Counted from the stretch's first letter, positions 6,714 through 16,519 are shown. The stretch is DNA of 64,000 nt from Candidatus Magasanikiibacteriota bacterium (GCA_016182085.1 JACOYB010000004.1:211923-275922); one strand, 5' to 3'. Notes: generated by a model not told the origin, from the sequence alone. Made by a program: numbers and translations.

Positions 6714-6772
6714 GAACAAAAAAGCAGCGCAACAAGCGACTGTTCTTTTGTTTTAATCTAACATTAGGGTTC
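6714..6772 (+). repeat. right half of the P-type repeat unit
   Basis: tgaacaaaaaagcagcgcaacaagcgactgttcttttgttttaatctaacattagggtt matches 5043-5100. Confidence 0.7.
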
Positions 6773-6904
6773 TTTTTATTTATATTTTATAATTATTTTA
6801 TCTGTTCTCTAGGAAAATGGGGATAAGGTTGCATTTATACGGGAGTCTAGCCTGGCGTGGGGCAAAAAGCGTGCTATAATATAGAAAATTTATTTTTATA
6901 CTAT

Positions 6905-7576
6905 ATGACCATTCTGATAATTGAAGATGAAAAAGATATAATAAAATTTTTAAAGCCCGGTTTGGAAGCCGAATGTTTTGCGGTAGATGTGGCCGAAGAC
7001 GGGGAAAAGGGATTGTTGTGCGCTTTATCCAAAGAGTATGATGTGATAATTTTAGATAACAACCTGCCTAAAAAATCAGGCCAGGAAGTTTGCGAGGAAT
7101 TACGGGCAAATAAAAAAACGACCCCCATCATTATGCTGTCGGTTCTTTCGGATGTAGATAAAAAAGTTGAACTGCTCAATACCGGAGCCGATGATTATTT
7201 AACCAAGCCTTTTTCTTTTCAAGAGTTGCTTGCCAGAATTAGAAGCCTTTTGCGCCGTCCCAAAAAAATAGAGGATGAAATTTTACGTATAGATGATTTG
7301 GAGTTAGATTCAAGACGTAATACGGTAAAACGAGGCGGTGAGGAAATTAGTCTGACGCGCAAGCAATTTATGCTCTTGGAGTATTTGATGCGTAATGCGG
7401 GTATGGTGCTGACGCGGGGGATGATTATGGAGCATGTCTGGGAAATGGATGCTGATCCGTTTTCTAACACCATTGAGACTCATATTTTGAGCTTGCGTAA
7501 AAAAATAAAAAATGCAAATAAGCCGCGCGAGTTTATTCAAACGGTGCCAGGCAGAGGGTATAAGCTAGAGGCGTAG
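6905..7576 (+). CDS. OmpR/PhoB-family response regulator
   Basis: Receiver domain (MTILIIEDE...D..LDNNLP...TTPIIMLS) plus winged-helix trans_reg_C domain (LTRKQFMLLEYL...VPGRGYKL). Extended -10 TGcTATAAT lies upstream. Confidence 0.85.
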   Translation: MTILIIEDEKDIIKFLKPGLEAECFAVDVAEDGEKGLLCALSKEYDVIILDNNLPKKSGQEVCEELRANKKTTPIIMLSVLSDVDKKVELLNTGADDYLTKPFSFQELLARIRSLLRRPKKIEDEILRIDDLELDSRRNTVKRGGEEISLTRKQFMLLEYLMRNAGMVLTRGMIMEHVWEMDADPFSNTIETHILSLRKKIKNANKPREFIQTVPGRGYKLEA

Positions 7577-7781
7577 AAATCTTCATTAAATTTTATTTTT
7601 ATTTTATCTATACTTTAATTTTTTTTATAAAAAACTTTAGAATAATTTTAAATTTATTTTTCCTTCGTTAGATTATAATAAAGCTTATCTAGTCTGTTCC
7701 TGCTCTGCCGCTCTTTTAAAATTCAAGATGGAGAAGGGGTGACATAGTAGCAGGATGGGATCGTGATAAAGGGAGGACATC

Positions 7782-8528
7782 ATGAGCGATCTTGATTTGC
7801 AAGTACGAAATGCGACGGCGACTGATCTAGACAGAATAGCGGAGCTAGAAACTAATATATTCGCCGCTCACAGTATTACGCCATTTGCGCGCGAGCACTT
7901 TTTCGCTTGGCTTGAAGTGTATCCACGGGGATTCTTCGTGGCCGAACAAGGCGGTGAAGTTGTAGGTTATACATACACCCAAGTCATCAATTGTGATTAC
8001 AGCGATCCATATGAACTGGATCGTTGGGTCTCCTTTGATGCTGTAAATGACAGGGGCTATACCCGTGCTTCGCATCGCTGCGATGGGGGCTATCACTTGG
8101 GTGTTAATATTGGTTCAATTGTTCCCGGAGCCGGCAAGCTGCTCGTGGAGGCTTTGGTCAGACTTGGGGAAAATACGCAAAAGCCCCTCCTGGGGATGTC
8201 GCGTATCAGCGGGCTTAAATCATACGCTGATCAGTTGACGCGGGCGGGTATAGTGGATGCCGCGGTTAGTCATGCTGCCAAACACGCGATTGCTTTATTT
8301 TACGTATTAGAGTGTGCTAAACTGGTGCATGGGTCTGTAAGGCTTATGCCAAAATGCGCGGGTCTAAATTGCTCTGGTTTGCCCACATTGCCAGTGCCGA
8401 GCGCGCCAGATCCGGTACTGTGCAAATACTTGCGCAATAAATATTTTGCGATTTGGGCGCTGCTTCCCGAGTTTATTAAAGATCCGGCCAGCCTTAACTA
8501 CGCAGTTCTGATTGGGCCGGCCAAGTAA
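7782..8528 (+). CDS. GNAT-family N-acetyltransferase domain protein; moderately GC-rich
   Basis: N-terminal acetyltransferase-like fold (VAEQGGEVVGYTYTQ). RBS AAGGGAGG. GC is above that of the flanking genes. Confidence 0.5.
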   Translation: MSDLDLQVRNATATDLDRIAELETNIFAAHSITPFAREHFFAWLEVYPRGFFVAEQGGEVVGYTYTQVINCDYSDPYELDRWVSFDAVNDRGYTRASHRCDGGYHLGVNIGSIVPGAGKLLVEALVRLGENTQKPLLGMSRISGLKSYADQLTRAGIVDAAVSHAAKHAIALFYVLECAKLVHGSVRLMPKCAGLNCSGLPTLPVPSAPDPVLCKYLRNKYFAIWALLPEFIKDPASLNYAVLIGPAK

Positions 8529-8575
8529 GGTGCGCGCCGGAGTTGTGGCTGTATTAAGAATAATATTTTTGTCTT

Positions 8576-10558
8576 GTGTTCCTCTTCTCCTATAGTGCCG
8601 CTGTTGTTGGAGCCATTTGTTTGGTAATGGCAGCAGTTATCTTAAATAAAAAGCGCGACCGCTTATCTTTATATTTGGTCTTATCCACAGTTGGTGTGGG
8701 TTTATGGAACATATCAAACGCTTTTGCCGATCTGGCTTGGAATAATTTAACAGCCAGGATTTGGTGCGGTTTCGCGCTTATTGGTTCAATGATTTTCATT
8801 GTATTTTATGTAATTTTCTTAGAACAATTTTTAACTCAGCGTCCCTTCAAGAACTATTTAGCGGCTATCTTTATTCTGATACCGGCTATATTTTTTTCCT
8901 CGCTTTCTTTTAGCGGCATCTATATTACCGATATTATAATCCAGGGTACCGCGCCCGCCATTACAATCCCGGGAAAGATTAATTATTTTATTTTAATTTA
9001 TTCTTTGCTTATTATTTTTTATGGTTTATGGCGACTGCAAAGTTTTTACGGGTCTTTATCGCTCGCTAAACGCAAGCAGATACTGTATGTAAAAGCCGGG
9101 TTTATTATAAGTCTTTGCGCCGGTATTATTTTTACGATTATTTTCCCTTTCCTTGGTAATTTCATGTTTTTTTCCCTGGCGGCGCAATTTACCATACTCT
9201 CCGTTGTTTTGACTATGTACACGATGTATAAGCATAATTTTCTTGATATTAATATTATTATCCAGCGCGGTTTGGTATACGCATTGTTGCTGGGTCTGGT
9301 AATTTTTTTCTATTTGGCGACCTTATTTATCGTTCAATCGTTATTTTTTAACCACGGACAAATTTTATATCTTATTGTAGCTATTATTACCTGCGCCGCC
9401 GGTATATTTTCCGTCCCGAAGATAGACGCTTGGCTGCGCCGCTTGACTGATAAAATTTTTTTTAAAGACAAATACGACCCCGCCGCCGTATTAAAAGAAT
9501 TAAGCGAAACCCTAAATAGCAATTTGGATTTACGCGATTTGGTATTGAAAACAACAAATACTTTGAAAAAAAATTTAAAAATCAAAGATATTTATTTGGA
9601 ATTTTTACCTTCGGATTGTACTCAGGCCCTGCAGAAGTTAGAGGATTTACAAAAAAAATACGACTCATATGTAATGTTGCGTTTGGAAAAATTAGAAAAG
9701 ACAGATAAACCGCTGGGGGTAATGTTTTTAAGCCCCAAACTCTCCGGGGATGGGTATAGTGACATGGATAATAGTTTGCTTAATATCTTTGCGCATCACA
9801 TGACGCTCGCCTTAGAGAAATCTCAGCTATATGAACAAGTCAAGGATTATTCTAAGAATTTAGAAATTAAAATAGAGCAGCGCATGGCCGAGCTTAAACA
9901 GCTGCAAGAAAAACAGTCTCAAGAACTATTTGATATTGCTCATCAGCTGCAAACACCGCTTACCGTGCTTAAAGGCCAGGTTCAAATACTCGCCGCGGAT
10001 TTGCAAGAAAAAGATAAAACCCAGCTTTTAGAGACTAATGTAGACAGAATATCGCGGTTTGTTTCAGGGCTGCTTAAACTTGCCAGGCTGGATTTTGAAG
10101 GTGAGCAACGCAGAGAAAAAATAAATTTTAGCGAGCTGCTTTCCGGTTTGGTAGAAGAGTTTTCGGTTATAGCCCAGGAGAGCAGGATTGTATTTGAACA
10201 TGATATTGAAAAGAATATTTTTGTGATGGGCGATACAAATAAATTGATTGAACTCGTCAGTAACTTGGTGAGTAACGCTATGAAGTATATCGCTCATGAA
10301 AGAAGGGTGGCAATCAATCTGAAAAAAGTTGACGCTTGGGCTAGGCTTGAAATTGTAGATACCGGAGCAGGTATTTCCGCAGAAGATCTATCAAACTTGT
10401 TTAAACGATTTTACCGCGGCCACACGGCTGCCGGCAGCGGCACCGGTCTCGGCTTGGCAATTTGTAAAAAAATTATTGATGTGCACCAAGGAAAAATTAG
10501 AATTACGAGCGAACTAAATAAAGGCACGCAGGCGGAGGTATTGTTGCCGCTTGCCTAA
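8576..10558 (+). CDS. sensor histidine kinase with polytopic N-terminal membrane domain
   Basis: HisKA H-box (FDIAHQLQTPLT) and HATPase_c G-boxes (DTGAGIS, GTGLGLAICKKII). GTG start at 8576, or possibly the internal ATG 8627. Confidence 0.85.
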   Translation: MFLFSYSAAVVGAICLVMAAVILNKKRDRLSLYLVLSTVGVGLWNISNAFADLAWNNLTARIWCGFALIGSMIFIVFYVIFLEQFLTQRPFKNYLAAIFILIPAIFFSSLSFSGIYITDIIIQGTAPAITIPGKINYFILIYSLLIIFYGLWRLQSFYGSLSLAKRKQILYVKAGFIISLCAGIIFTIIFPFLGNFMFFSLAAQFTILSVVLTMYTMYKHNFLDINIIIQRGLVYALLLGLVIFFYLATLFIVQSLFFNHGQILYLIVAIITCAAGIFSVPKIDAWLRRLTDKIFFKDKYDPAAVLKELSETLNSNLDLRDLVLKTTNTLKKNLKIKDIYLEFLPSDCTQALQKLEDLQKKYDSYVMLRLEKLEKTDKPLGVMFLSPKLSGDGYSDMDNSLLNIFAHHMTLALEKSQLYEQVKDYSKNLEIKIEQRMAELKQLQEKQSQELFDIAHQLQTPLTVLKGQVQILAADLQEKDKTQLLETNVDRISRFVSGLLKLARLDFEGEQRREKINFSELLSGLVEEFSVIAQESRIVFEHDIEKNIFVMGDTNKLIELVSNLVSNAMKYIAHERRVAINLKKVDAWARLEIVDTGAGISAEDLSNLFKRFYRGHTAAGSGTGLGLAICKKIIDVHQGKIRITSELNKGTQAEVLLPLA

Positions 10559-10679
10559 CACAAGCGGCATAGATCGAAGGGCTGTAATTAAAGACGGTTT
10601 ATTGTGTTTAGGCAGCCTTTCCTAATTTTAGGAAATAATGTATAATATGTTAACTAAATTTATTTTTAATAGATAAAAT

Positions 10680-11030
10680 ATGCAAGATCTGCAGGAAATT
10701 TTTAACCGTATTCAGGAAATCAAGAAAAAACAAAAAGATATTCGCAGCGCTTATAAAGACGCGTTAGACTCATCTTTAGAGTATAAAGAAGTTGGCGATA
10801 AAATTAAAACGCTTAGAGAAAGAAAGAAGCAAATTGAAAACACTACCAAAGAATCTTATGCCAGTGAATTTACCCAGCTTGATAATTTTAAGATTGATTT
10901 GGAGTCAGAGGCCACGGTATTAAATGATGTTGCTTTAACCAAGTTGATGAAAGGGGAGACCGTACAGGTAGTGGATGAATATAATAATACCTACGAACCG
11001 TTATTTACGGTTAAGTTTAAAAAGGCTTAG
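10680..11030 (+). CDS. hypothetical coiled-coil protein
   Basis: 116-aa charged ORF. Confidence 0.4.
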   Translation: MQDLQEIFNRIQEIKKKQKDIRSAYKDALDSSLEYKEVGDKIKTLRERKKQIENTTKESYASEFTQLDNFKIDLESEATVLNDVALTKLMKGETVQVVDEYNNTYEPLFTVKFKKA

Positions 11031-11059
11031 TCTAAGTCGGTTTTATTGGATCGTTACGT

Positions 11060-11515
11060 TTAGTCCTTTTTATGCAATAACGCATCCTGCATTTTATCTA
11101 AGTTTATTTTTACCTTCATTTTTCGCAACTCCGCGTCATCTTCCGCGGCCAGTCCCAAGTGGTCGTGAATTTCATCAAGCATATTGATTATTCTAGTAAT
11201 TTCCGCTTCAGCTTTAATGTTGATTTGCAGGTCCAACTCTTCTCTGAACTCATCTATTTTATTAGCTCGATTTTGGCTGATCAGAACAATAATGCTTAAA
11301 AAAATTGCTTCCAATGATACGGCTGTAGTTAAAAAACCATGCGGGTACGGATCAAAAATTGGTATATTTGGAATTAAGCCCGAATTAAGCAGAAGCCACA
11401 CCACAAAGATAATCGCGTTTAAAATCAAGAACCAAATAGTGCCAAATGAGTCTCGCAAAAAATCAGCCCAGCGATCGATGTGTGTTTTTTGTTTTTCCAG
11501 TTTTGTTCTAAACAT
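11060..11515 (-). CDS. DUF1003-like membrane protein
   Basis: N-terminal FGTIWFLILNAIIFVVWLLLN motif, two TM segments, C-terminal coiled coil. Confidence 0.4.
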   Translation of the reverse strand: MFRTKLEKQKTHIDRWADFLRDSFGTIWFLILNAIIFVVWLLLNSGLIPNIPIFDPYPHGFLTTAVSLEAIFLSIIVLISQNRANKIDEFREELDLQINIKAEAEITRIINMLDEIHDHLGLAAEDDAELRKMKVKINLDKMQDALLHKKD

Positions 11516-11631
11516 ATAAATTTATATAAGTTATTATTGTCAGTATAGCAAAGAGCCCGTAATCGGGCAATAATGTTTTGTCGGATTTTCCTTGACCCTT
11601 TGGGGTTAGGAAAGGTATTATAGCTGAATAT

Positions 11632-12165
11632 ATGAATTTTCCATTAAGACAAAAAATAACAATTCTACTTGCCAGCTTATTGCTGGTGGTTTTTTTAATT
11701 CCGTATATTGCCAGGGCCCAGACAACCACCGGCGATTTACCGCCAACTTCGGCCCCTTCTAGTGCGGCTGCCACATATAGTCCCGCAGCGCCTGTAAGCA
11801 GCGACATGTCTCCGGTTTACATTAGTTTATTACAAAATTTAATCACCTTTGGGGAAAGTACGGGGTTGGGTTCCACCGATCCAAGATTAATTGTGGCGCG
11901 CCTTATCCGGTTGGCTATGGGATTTGTAGGTATTATAGTCCTTGTAATGATACTCCTAAGCGGACTTGCAATGATGACTTCGGGCGGAGATGAAGAAAAG
12001 GTAAGCAGCGCCAAGAAAACATTTTTTAATGCTATTATCGGACTTGTGATTATGCTTTCGGCATATAGTATCGTGGTGTTTGTTTTTAATGCCATAACTG
12101 GCGCCAGCGGTGGCAGTAGTGCTGTTGAAGCTCCAACTACGCCAGATCCGGTGGTTAACCCCTAG
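11632..12165 (+). CDS. secreted two-TM protein, possible VirB2/TrbC-like pilin
   Basis: Signal peptide, Pro/Ser/Ala-rich segment, then two hydrophobic helices (LAMGFVGIIVLVMILLSGLAMM and AIIGLVIMLSAYSIVVFVF). This is the usual T4SS pilin architecture. Confidence 0.35.
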   Translation: MNFPLRQKITILLASLLLVVFLIPYIARAQTTTGDLPPTSAPSSAAATYSPAAPVSSDMSPVYISLLQNLITFGESTGLGSTDPRLIVARLIRLAMGFVGIIVLVMILLSGLAMMTSGGDEEKVSSAKKTFFNAIIGLVIMLSAYSIVVFVFNAITGASGGSSAVEAPTTPDPVVNP

Positions 12166-12167
12166 GT

Positions 12168-12971
12168 ATGAATTTCGTTAAACGAACCACAGAACGTGTT
12201 GTTATAGCCGTTTTCACTTTTATTGTCTGGTGGTTTGTTGTTACACAGATTTTTGATCGGCTGGAACAGCGAATGCCGGTTTTTTTGGCCGGAGTGCTGA
12301 CATATCTTCTGGCTGCTTATATTCTTCTACCGCGCGTAATTCAATTTTGTTTAATGATACTGCGCCGCGGCCGGGTGCCTCGGTTTGCCAGAGCCGCAGA
12401 TGGATTACCGGCTGATCCGGTTAATATTATTTTAATAGGTTCGCAGGAGATGTTGCGCAATATTTTTACAATTGCCGGCTGGCACGAAGCTGAGCCGATA
12501 ACATGGAGAAGTGTCATTAAGATGATGCATGCAATTATCCGAAACAAATCTTACGCCAACGCTCCGTTCAGTTCGTTGTATCTTTTTGGCCGTAAGCAAG
12601 ACCATGGATTCCAGCAGCCTATAGGTAAAAGCCCTCGTCATCGGCACCATGTCCGGTTTTGGGCCGCCAATCTTGACCCGGAAGCAGACATGACAAATTT
12701 TAAATATTGGATGCAAAAGCATAGCATAAATCCCAAAGAAGCAAGCATGTGGGTGGGAAGCGGAACAAAAGATATAGGCTTGGCCCTAAAAAGATTTACG
12801 TATCAAATTACTCACAAAGTTGATAAAAATGTTGATGAGGAACGTGATTATGTTATTTCTTCTTTACGCGAAACCGGTTTGCTTGCCAAAGAATACTATT
12901 CTAACGCGGAACAATTTATCATCGGAAAGTATAAGTCCGATGGGCGAATACTTACCGCTTATATAAAATAG
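12168..12971 (+). CDS. hypothetical membrane-anchored protein
   Basis: 267-aa ORF with two N-terminal TM segments. Confidence 0.45.
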   Translation: MNFVKRTTERVVIAVFTFIVWWFVVTQIFDRLEQRMPVFLAGVLTYLLAAYILLPRVIQFCLMILRRGRVPRFARAADGLPADPVNIILIGSQEMLRNIFTIAGWHEAEPITWRSVIKMMHAIIRNKSYANAPFSSLYLFGRKQDHGFQQPIGKSPRHRHHVRFWAANLDPEADMTNFKYWMQKHSINPKEASMWVGSGTKDIGLALKRFTYQITHKVDKNVDEERDYVISSLRETGLLAKEYYSNAEQFIIGKYKSDGRILTAYIK

Positions 12972-12989
12972 CCGCAGTTAGATAATTTT

Positions 12990-13048
12990 ATAAAACAAAA
13001 ATCCTCTGTTGAAACGGAGGATTTTTGTTTTTCTCTTGCGGAAGAGAA
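12990..13048. terminator. back-to-back terminator hairpins between convergent genes
   Basis: AAAAATCCTCtgttgaaacgGAGGATTTTT and TTTTTCTCTTgcggAAGAGAAAAA. Confidence 0.5.
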
Positions 13049-13176
13049 AAACATGTCTGAGTGAGCCGCAGCGAGCGAAGGCGATTCTTTCAGAATTCTA
13101 TAATTACTAGGGGTGAATAAAAAAGAAAATTTATTTTCTTTTTTGAAGCCCGACGTAATTATATGGGCTTTAGCCC

Positions 13177-13452
13177 TTATTTAAGAGCGTCTTTGAGGCC
13201 TTTACCAGCTTTGAATTTTGGTACGGTTACGGCTGGAATTTGAATTTTTTGAGAAGGGTTTTGTGGGTTTACGCCTTGTCTAGCCGCGCGTTTTTTGGCA
13301 GTGAAAGCGCCAAAACCCGTGAGTACTACTTCTCCACCATTCTTTAGTTGTTCCACAACTACGTCCAAGAGAGTGTTTAATGTATCTTCAACCTGGCGTT
13401 TTGGCAGGTTTAATTTTTCAGATACTTTTTGTGCTAAGTCTGCTTTGTTCAT
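13177..13452 (-). CDS. hup: DNA-binding protein HU
   Basis: MNKADLAQKVSEKLNLPKRQVEDTLNTLLDVVVEQLKNGGEVVLTGFGAFTAKKRAARQGVNPQ... is the canonical HU/IHF fold sequence. Confidence 0.95.
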   Translation of the reverse strand: MNKADLAQKVSEKLNLPKRQVEDTLNTLLDVVVEQLKNGGEVVLTGFGAFTAKKRAARQGVNPQNPSQKIQIPAVTVPKFKAGKGLKDALK

Positions 13453-13610
13453 AGTGTCACCCCCTTTCCAGTTTGAAGATCAAACATAGAAAATGATTAA
13501 ATTTTAACTAGTCTTAGCCTTAACTAAGGCTATTAAATTATATCATGAGAGAGTTTTTTTGCCTATGTTTAGCAATTTTAGTTATCCCCAACGCTTAGCG
13601 AATCCCAAAT

Positions 13611-15137
13611 TTATTTAGCGTATTCTACAACGCGAGTTTCACGGATAATCGTAACACGGATTTCACCAGGATATTGCAGTTCTTGTTCAATTTTTCTGGA
13701 AATATCTTTGGCAAGCTGGAAGGCAGAGTAGTCATCTACTTCATTTGGTTTTACAAATACGCGAATTTCACGACCGGCTTGAATAGCATATACCTTATCA
13801 ATACCAGGAAAGCTCTTAGCGGTTTTTTCCAGTTCTTCCAAGCGCGCCACAAATTGTTCGTAGCTATCTTTGCGAGCGCCAACTCTGGCACCGGAAATTG
13901 CATCTGCGGCCTTAGCAATAGAAGAGTAGATATTATATGGCTTGTCTTGGTGGTGGGTAAGCGCGGCTTGGCAAATATCTTCATCCATGTTGAATTTTTT
14001 CAGGATCATGTGGCCAATTTCCGGATGAGAGCCTTGAGTTTCTTGATCTACAGCTTTGCCAATGTCATGAAAGAAGCCGCACTTTTTGGCTTTGGCGCTA
14101 TCAAGGCCTAGTTCGGCCGCCATCATACCGGCCAGATAACCGGTTTCCATGGAATGATTGATGATATTTTGGCCATAGCTGGTGCGATATTTCAAACGAC
14201 CAACAATACTTACCAGTTTTGGATCAATACCGGTAATACCCATTTTATACAAAGCTTCTTCACCGGCCTTTTTGATGTCTATGGCCAAGTCTTGTTTGGC
14301 TTTCTCTACAAACTCTTCAATGCGAGCCGGTTGAATGCGGCCGTCAGCCATAAGTTTTTCTAAAGCTAATTTGGCAATTTGTCTGCGGATAGGGGAGAAT
14401 CCGGAAACCACAATCGCATCCGGAGTATCATCAATGATAAGTTCGCAACCGGTAAGTTTTTCAATGGTTTTAATGTTGCGTCCTTCTTTGCCGATAATGC
14501 GTCCCTTCATATCTTCGCTGGTCAGGTGCACGGTGGTAGAAGTAATTTCCGCCGCATGCGAAGAAGCGCAGCGCTGTGTCGCGTCGGCAATAAGTTCACG
14601 AGCCTTTTCGTCGTATACTTCAGTTGATTCTTTGTCCAATTTTAAGATTCTGGCCGTAAGGTCGGCTTTGCTTTGCTCTTCTATTCTTTTTAACAATTCT
14701 TCTTTTGCCTCCTCTTTTTTAAGATTGGCAATTTGTTGCAGCTTTTCTACTTCCTGATCTCTCATCTTTTCTATTTCTGCTTTTACTTGCTGAACTTTGT
14801 TTGCCTGATCCTGTAATTTTTGTTTATTATTCTCCAGTTCAATCAATTTTTGATCAAACATGCCCTCGCGTCTTTCCAGTCTCTCTTGAATATTGTGAAG
14901 TTCCTGGCGCACTTGTTTTTCTTCACGCTTGGCTTCATCCACAATTTGTGTGGCCTTTTCTTTGCCTTCCAAGATGAATTTCTGTTGCTGAGTTTTGGCT
15001 TCGGTGAGTAACTTCTCTGCCTTTGCCTCTATGGAATTAGCTTCAGCTTGGGCTATTTTTTTTCTTAAAAAATATCCAATGCCTATGCCTGTGCCAGTAC
15101 CGGCTATAGCCAAAATAGCCCAGATTAAATTATTCAT
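13611..15137 (-). CDS. rny: ribonuclease Y
   Basis: N-terminal TM helix, long coiled coil, KH domain (GRIIGKEGRNIKTIEKLTG) and HD domain (HSMETGYLAGMMAAELG...HDIGK). Confidence 0.95.
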   Translation of the reverse strand: MNNLIWAILAIAGTGTGIGIGYFLRKKIAQAEANSIEAKAEKLLTEAKTQQQKFILEGKEKATQIVDEAKREEKQVRQELHNIQERLERREGMFDQKLIELENNKQKLQDQANKVQQVKAEIEKMRDQEVEKLQQIANLKKEEAKEELLKRIEEQSKADLTARILKLDKESTEVYDEKARELIADATQRCASSHAAEITSTTVHLTSEDMKGRIIGKEGRNIKTIEKLTGCELIIDDTPDAIVVSGFSPIRRQIAKLALEKLMADGRIQPARIEEFVEKAKQDLAIDIKKAGEEALYKMGITGIDPKLVSIVGRLKYRTSYGQNIINHSMETGYLAGMMAAELGLDSAKAKKCGFFHDIGKAVDQETQGSHPEIGHMILKKFNMDEDICQAALTHHQDKPYNIYSSIAKAADAISGARVGARKDSYEQFVARLEELEKTAKSFPGIDKVYAIQAGREIRVFVKPNEVDDYSAFQLAKDISRKIEQELQYPGEIRVTIIRETRVVEYAK

Positions 15138-15499
15138 ATACGAAATGAGTGAGCCAATAAGTTAAATGTATTTAACTTATTGCGAACGAACGAGTATATA
15201 TGGTAAAACCTATATATCTAAAATTCCTCAAAATCTTGAGTAATTACTGATTATTTGAAGAAGAATTAATATTTACCAAGAAAACACAAAAAATTGCAGA
15301 ACACCCGTCTGTTTCCATTCTTTTTGGGAAGATTTTTGTAGTTTAGTTAGCATAATTTGCCGAACTGTAGCCTAAATCTTGTTTGGTCTTTTCGGTTTCT
15401 TCTTACTAATACCCGTAATTAAGCAAGATCAATTAATTAGTAAAACTGAGAATATGGTAGCATTTTAAGGCAGATCTGTCAAACTGCCTAGGCAGCTTC

Positions 15500-15724
15500 T
15501 TAAATATTTACACTAAATTGATCTGCGCTAAATTCATCCCTTGCATCGGGGGTTCCATCGCCGCTAATATCTATAGTTTCCACTCCTCGTTTGAGCTTAT
15601 TTTCTTTTTCAGCATCCTTGGTTGGAGGAGGTGGTAAGGGCACCTCGATTCTTGGTCGGTCGGCTGGCGGCTGGTCATCGTGTTTTCTTCTCCTATCTAT
15701 TCTTGGCGCTTCTGGGTTTGGCAT
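15500..15724 (-). CDS. hypothetical small Pro/Arg-rich protein
   Basis: 74-aa ORF immediately downstream of truB on the same strand. Confidence 0.3.
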   Translation of the reverse strand: MPNPEAPRIDRRRKHDDQPPADRPRIEVPLPPPPTKDAEKENKLKRGVETIDISGDGTPDARDEFSADQFSVNI

Positions 15725-15728
15725 ATGT

Positions 15729-16460
15729 TTATGTTATATCTTTAATGTTAGTAGCATGTTTAAGCGTGTAATCACCGATTTTAGTGCGCATAAGTTCTTG
15801 GCAATAGGCTCCAACTCCGAGTTTGGCGCCAATATCGTGGGCTAAGGTTCGGATGTAAGTTCCTGCCGAACATTGTACTTCAATTTTTAAAACAGGCCAA
15901 GCGTAGTTTAAAAGTTTTATTTTGTAGATTTCTATTTCGTTGGCCTGTCGTTCTACAGTTATTCCTTTTCTGGCCAATTGGTAAAGGCGCTGGCCGTTTA
16001 TTTGTTTGGCCGAAAACATGGGTGGAATTTGTAATTGTTTGCCGATAAACCCGGCCAACACCTCCTGAACCGCAACGAGCGGTTCACCCTCCTTATTAGG
16101 AGGGATTTTCGATTCCCCTCTATTAAGAGGGGTAGGGGTGTGTTCGTATGGAGTTATGTTTCCAGTTTTATCATATGTATCACTGGTCTCTCCCAGTTTG
16201 ATAGTGGCAATATATGTCTTTGGCATGTTTTTAAACTCATCCAATTTTTTGGTGGCTTCACGACCCACGCCTACAATTAAAAGACCGGTGGCAAACGGAT
16301 CAAGCGTACCAGCATGGCCGACTTTGACTCGTTTTTGTTTTTCGGGCAAAGCTGTTTTTTTAACCCGATTGCGCACAAAAGCCACGACATCAAAGCTCGT
16401 CCAGCCCCCAGGTTTGTTTATAAGTAAGAAATTCATATAGTTTATGGGCATATTATGCAA
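15729..16460 (-). CDS. truB: tRNA pseudouridine(55) synthase TruB, carrying an in-frame mini-element
   Basis: KPGGWTSFDVV...GHAGTLDPFATGLLIVGVG is the TruB catalytic motif. The true start is probably the internal ATG at 16436. The 46-bp double hairpin at 16087-16132 adds ...PLNRGESKIPPNKEGEP.... Confidence 0.9.
   Translation of the reverse strand: MHNMPINYMNFLLINKPGGWTSFDVVAFVRNRVKKTALPEKQKRVKVGHAGTLDPFATGLLIVGVGREATKKLDEFKNMPKTYIATIKLGETSDTYDKTGNITPYEHTPTPLNRGESKIPPNKEGEPLVAVQEVLAGFIGKQLQIPPMFSAKQINGQRLYQLARKGITVERQANEIEIYKIKLLNYAWPVLKIEVQCSAGTYIRTLAHDIGAKLGVGAYCQELMRTKIGDYTLKHATNIKDIT
16087..16132. repeat. 46-bp double-hairpin mini-element inside truB (CCCCTCTtaataGAGGGG aatcgaaaat CCCTCCTaataaGGAGGG on the coding strand)
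   Basis: About 84 % identical to the element at 38898-38943 inside tsaC. Confidence 0.75.
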
Positions 16461-16490
16461 GAGTTTAGAGAAAAGGACAAGAACCCCAAA

Positions 16491-16519
16491 TTGACTTTTT
16501 AGCCCTTCTTCTATATAAT
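16491..16519 (+). promoter_or_regulatory. sigma70 promoter upstream of infB
   Basis: TTGACT, 17 nt, TATAAT. Confidence 0.5.
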
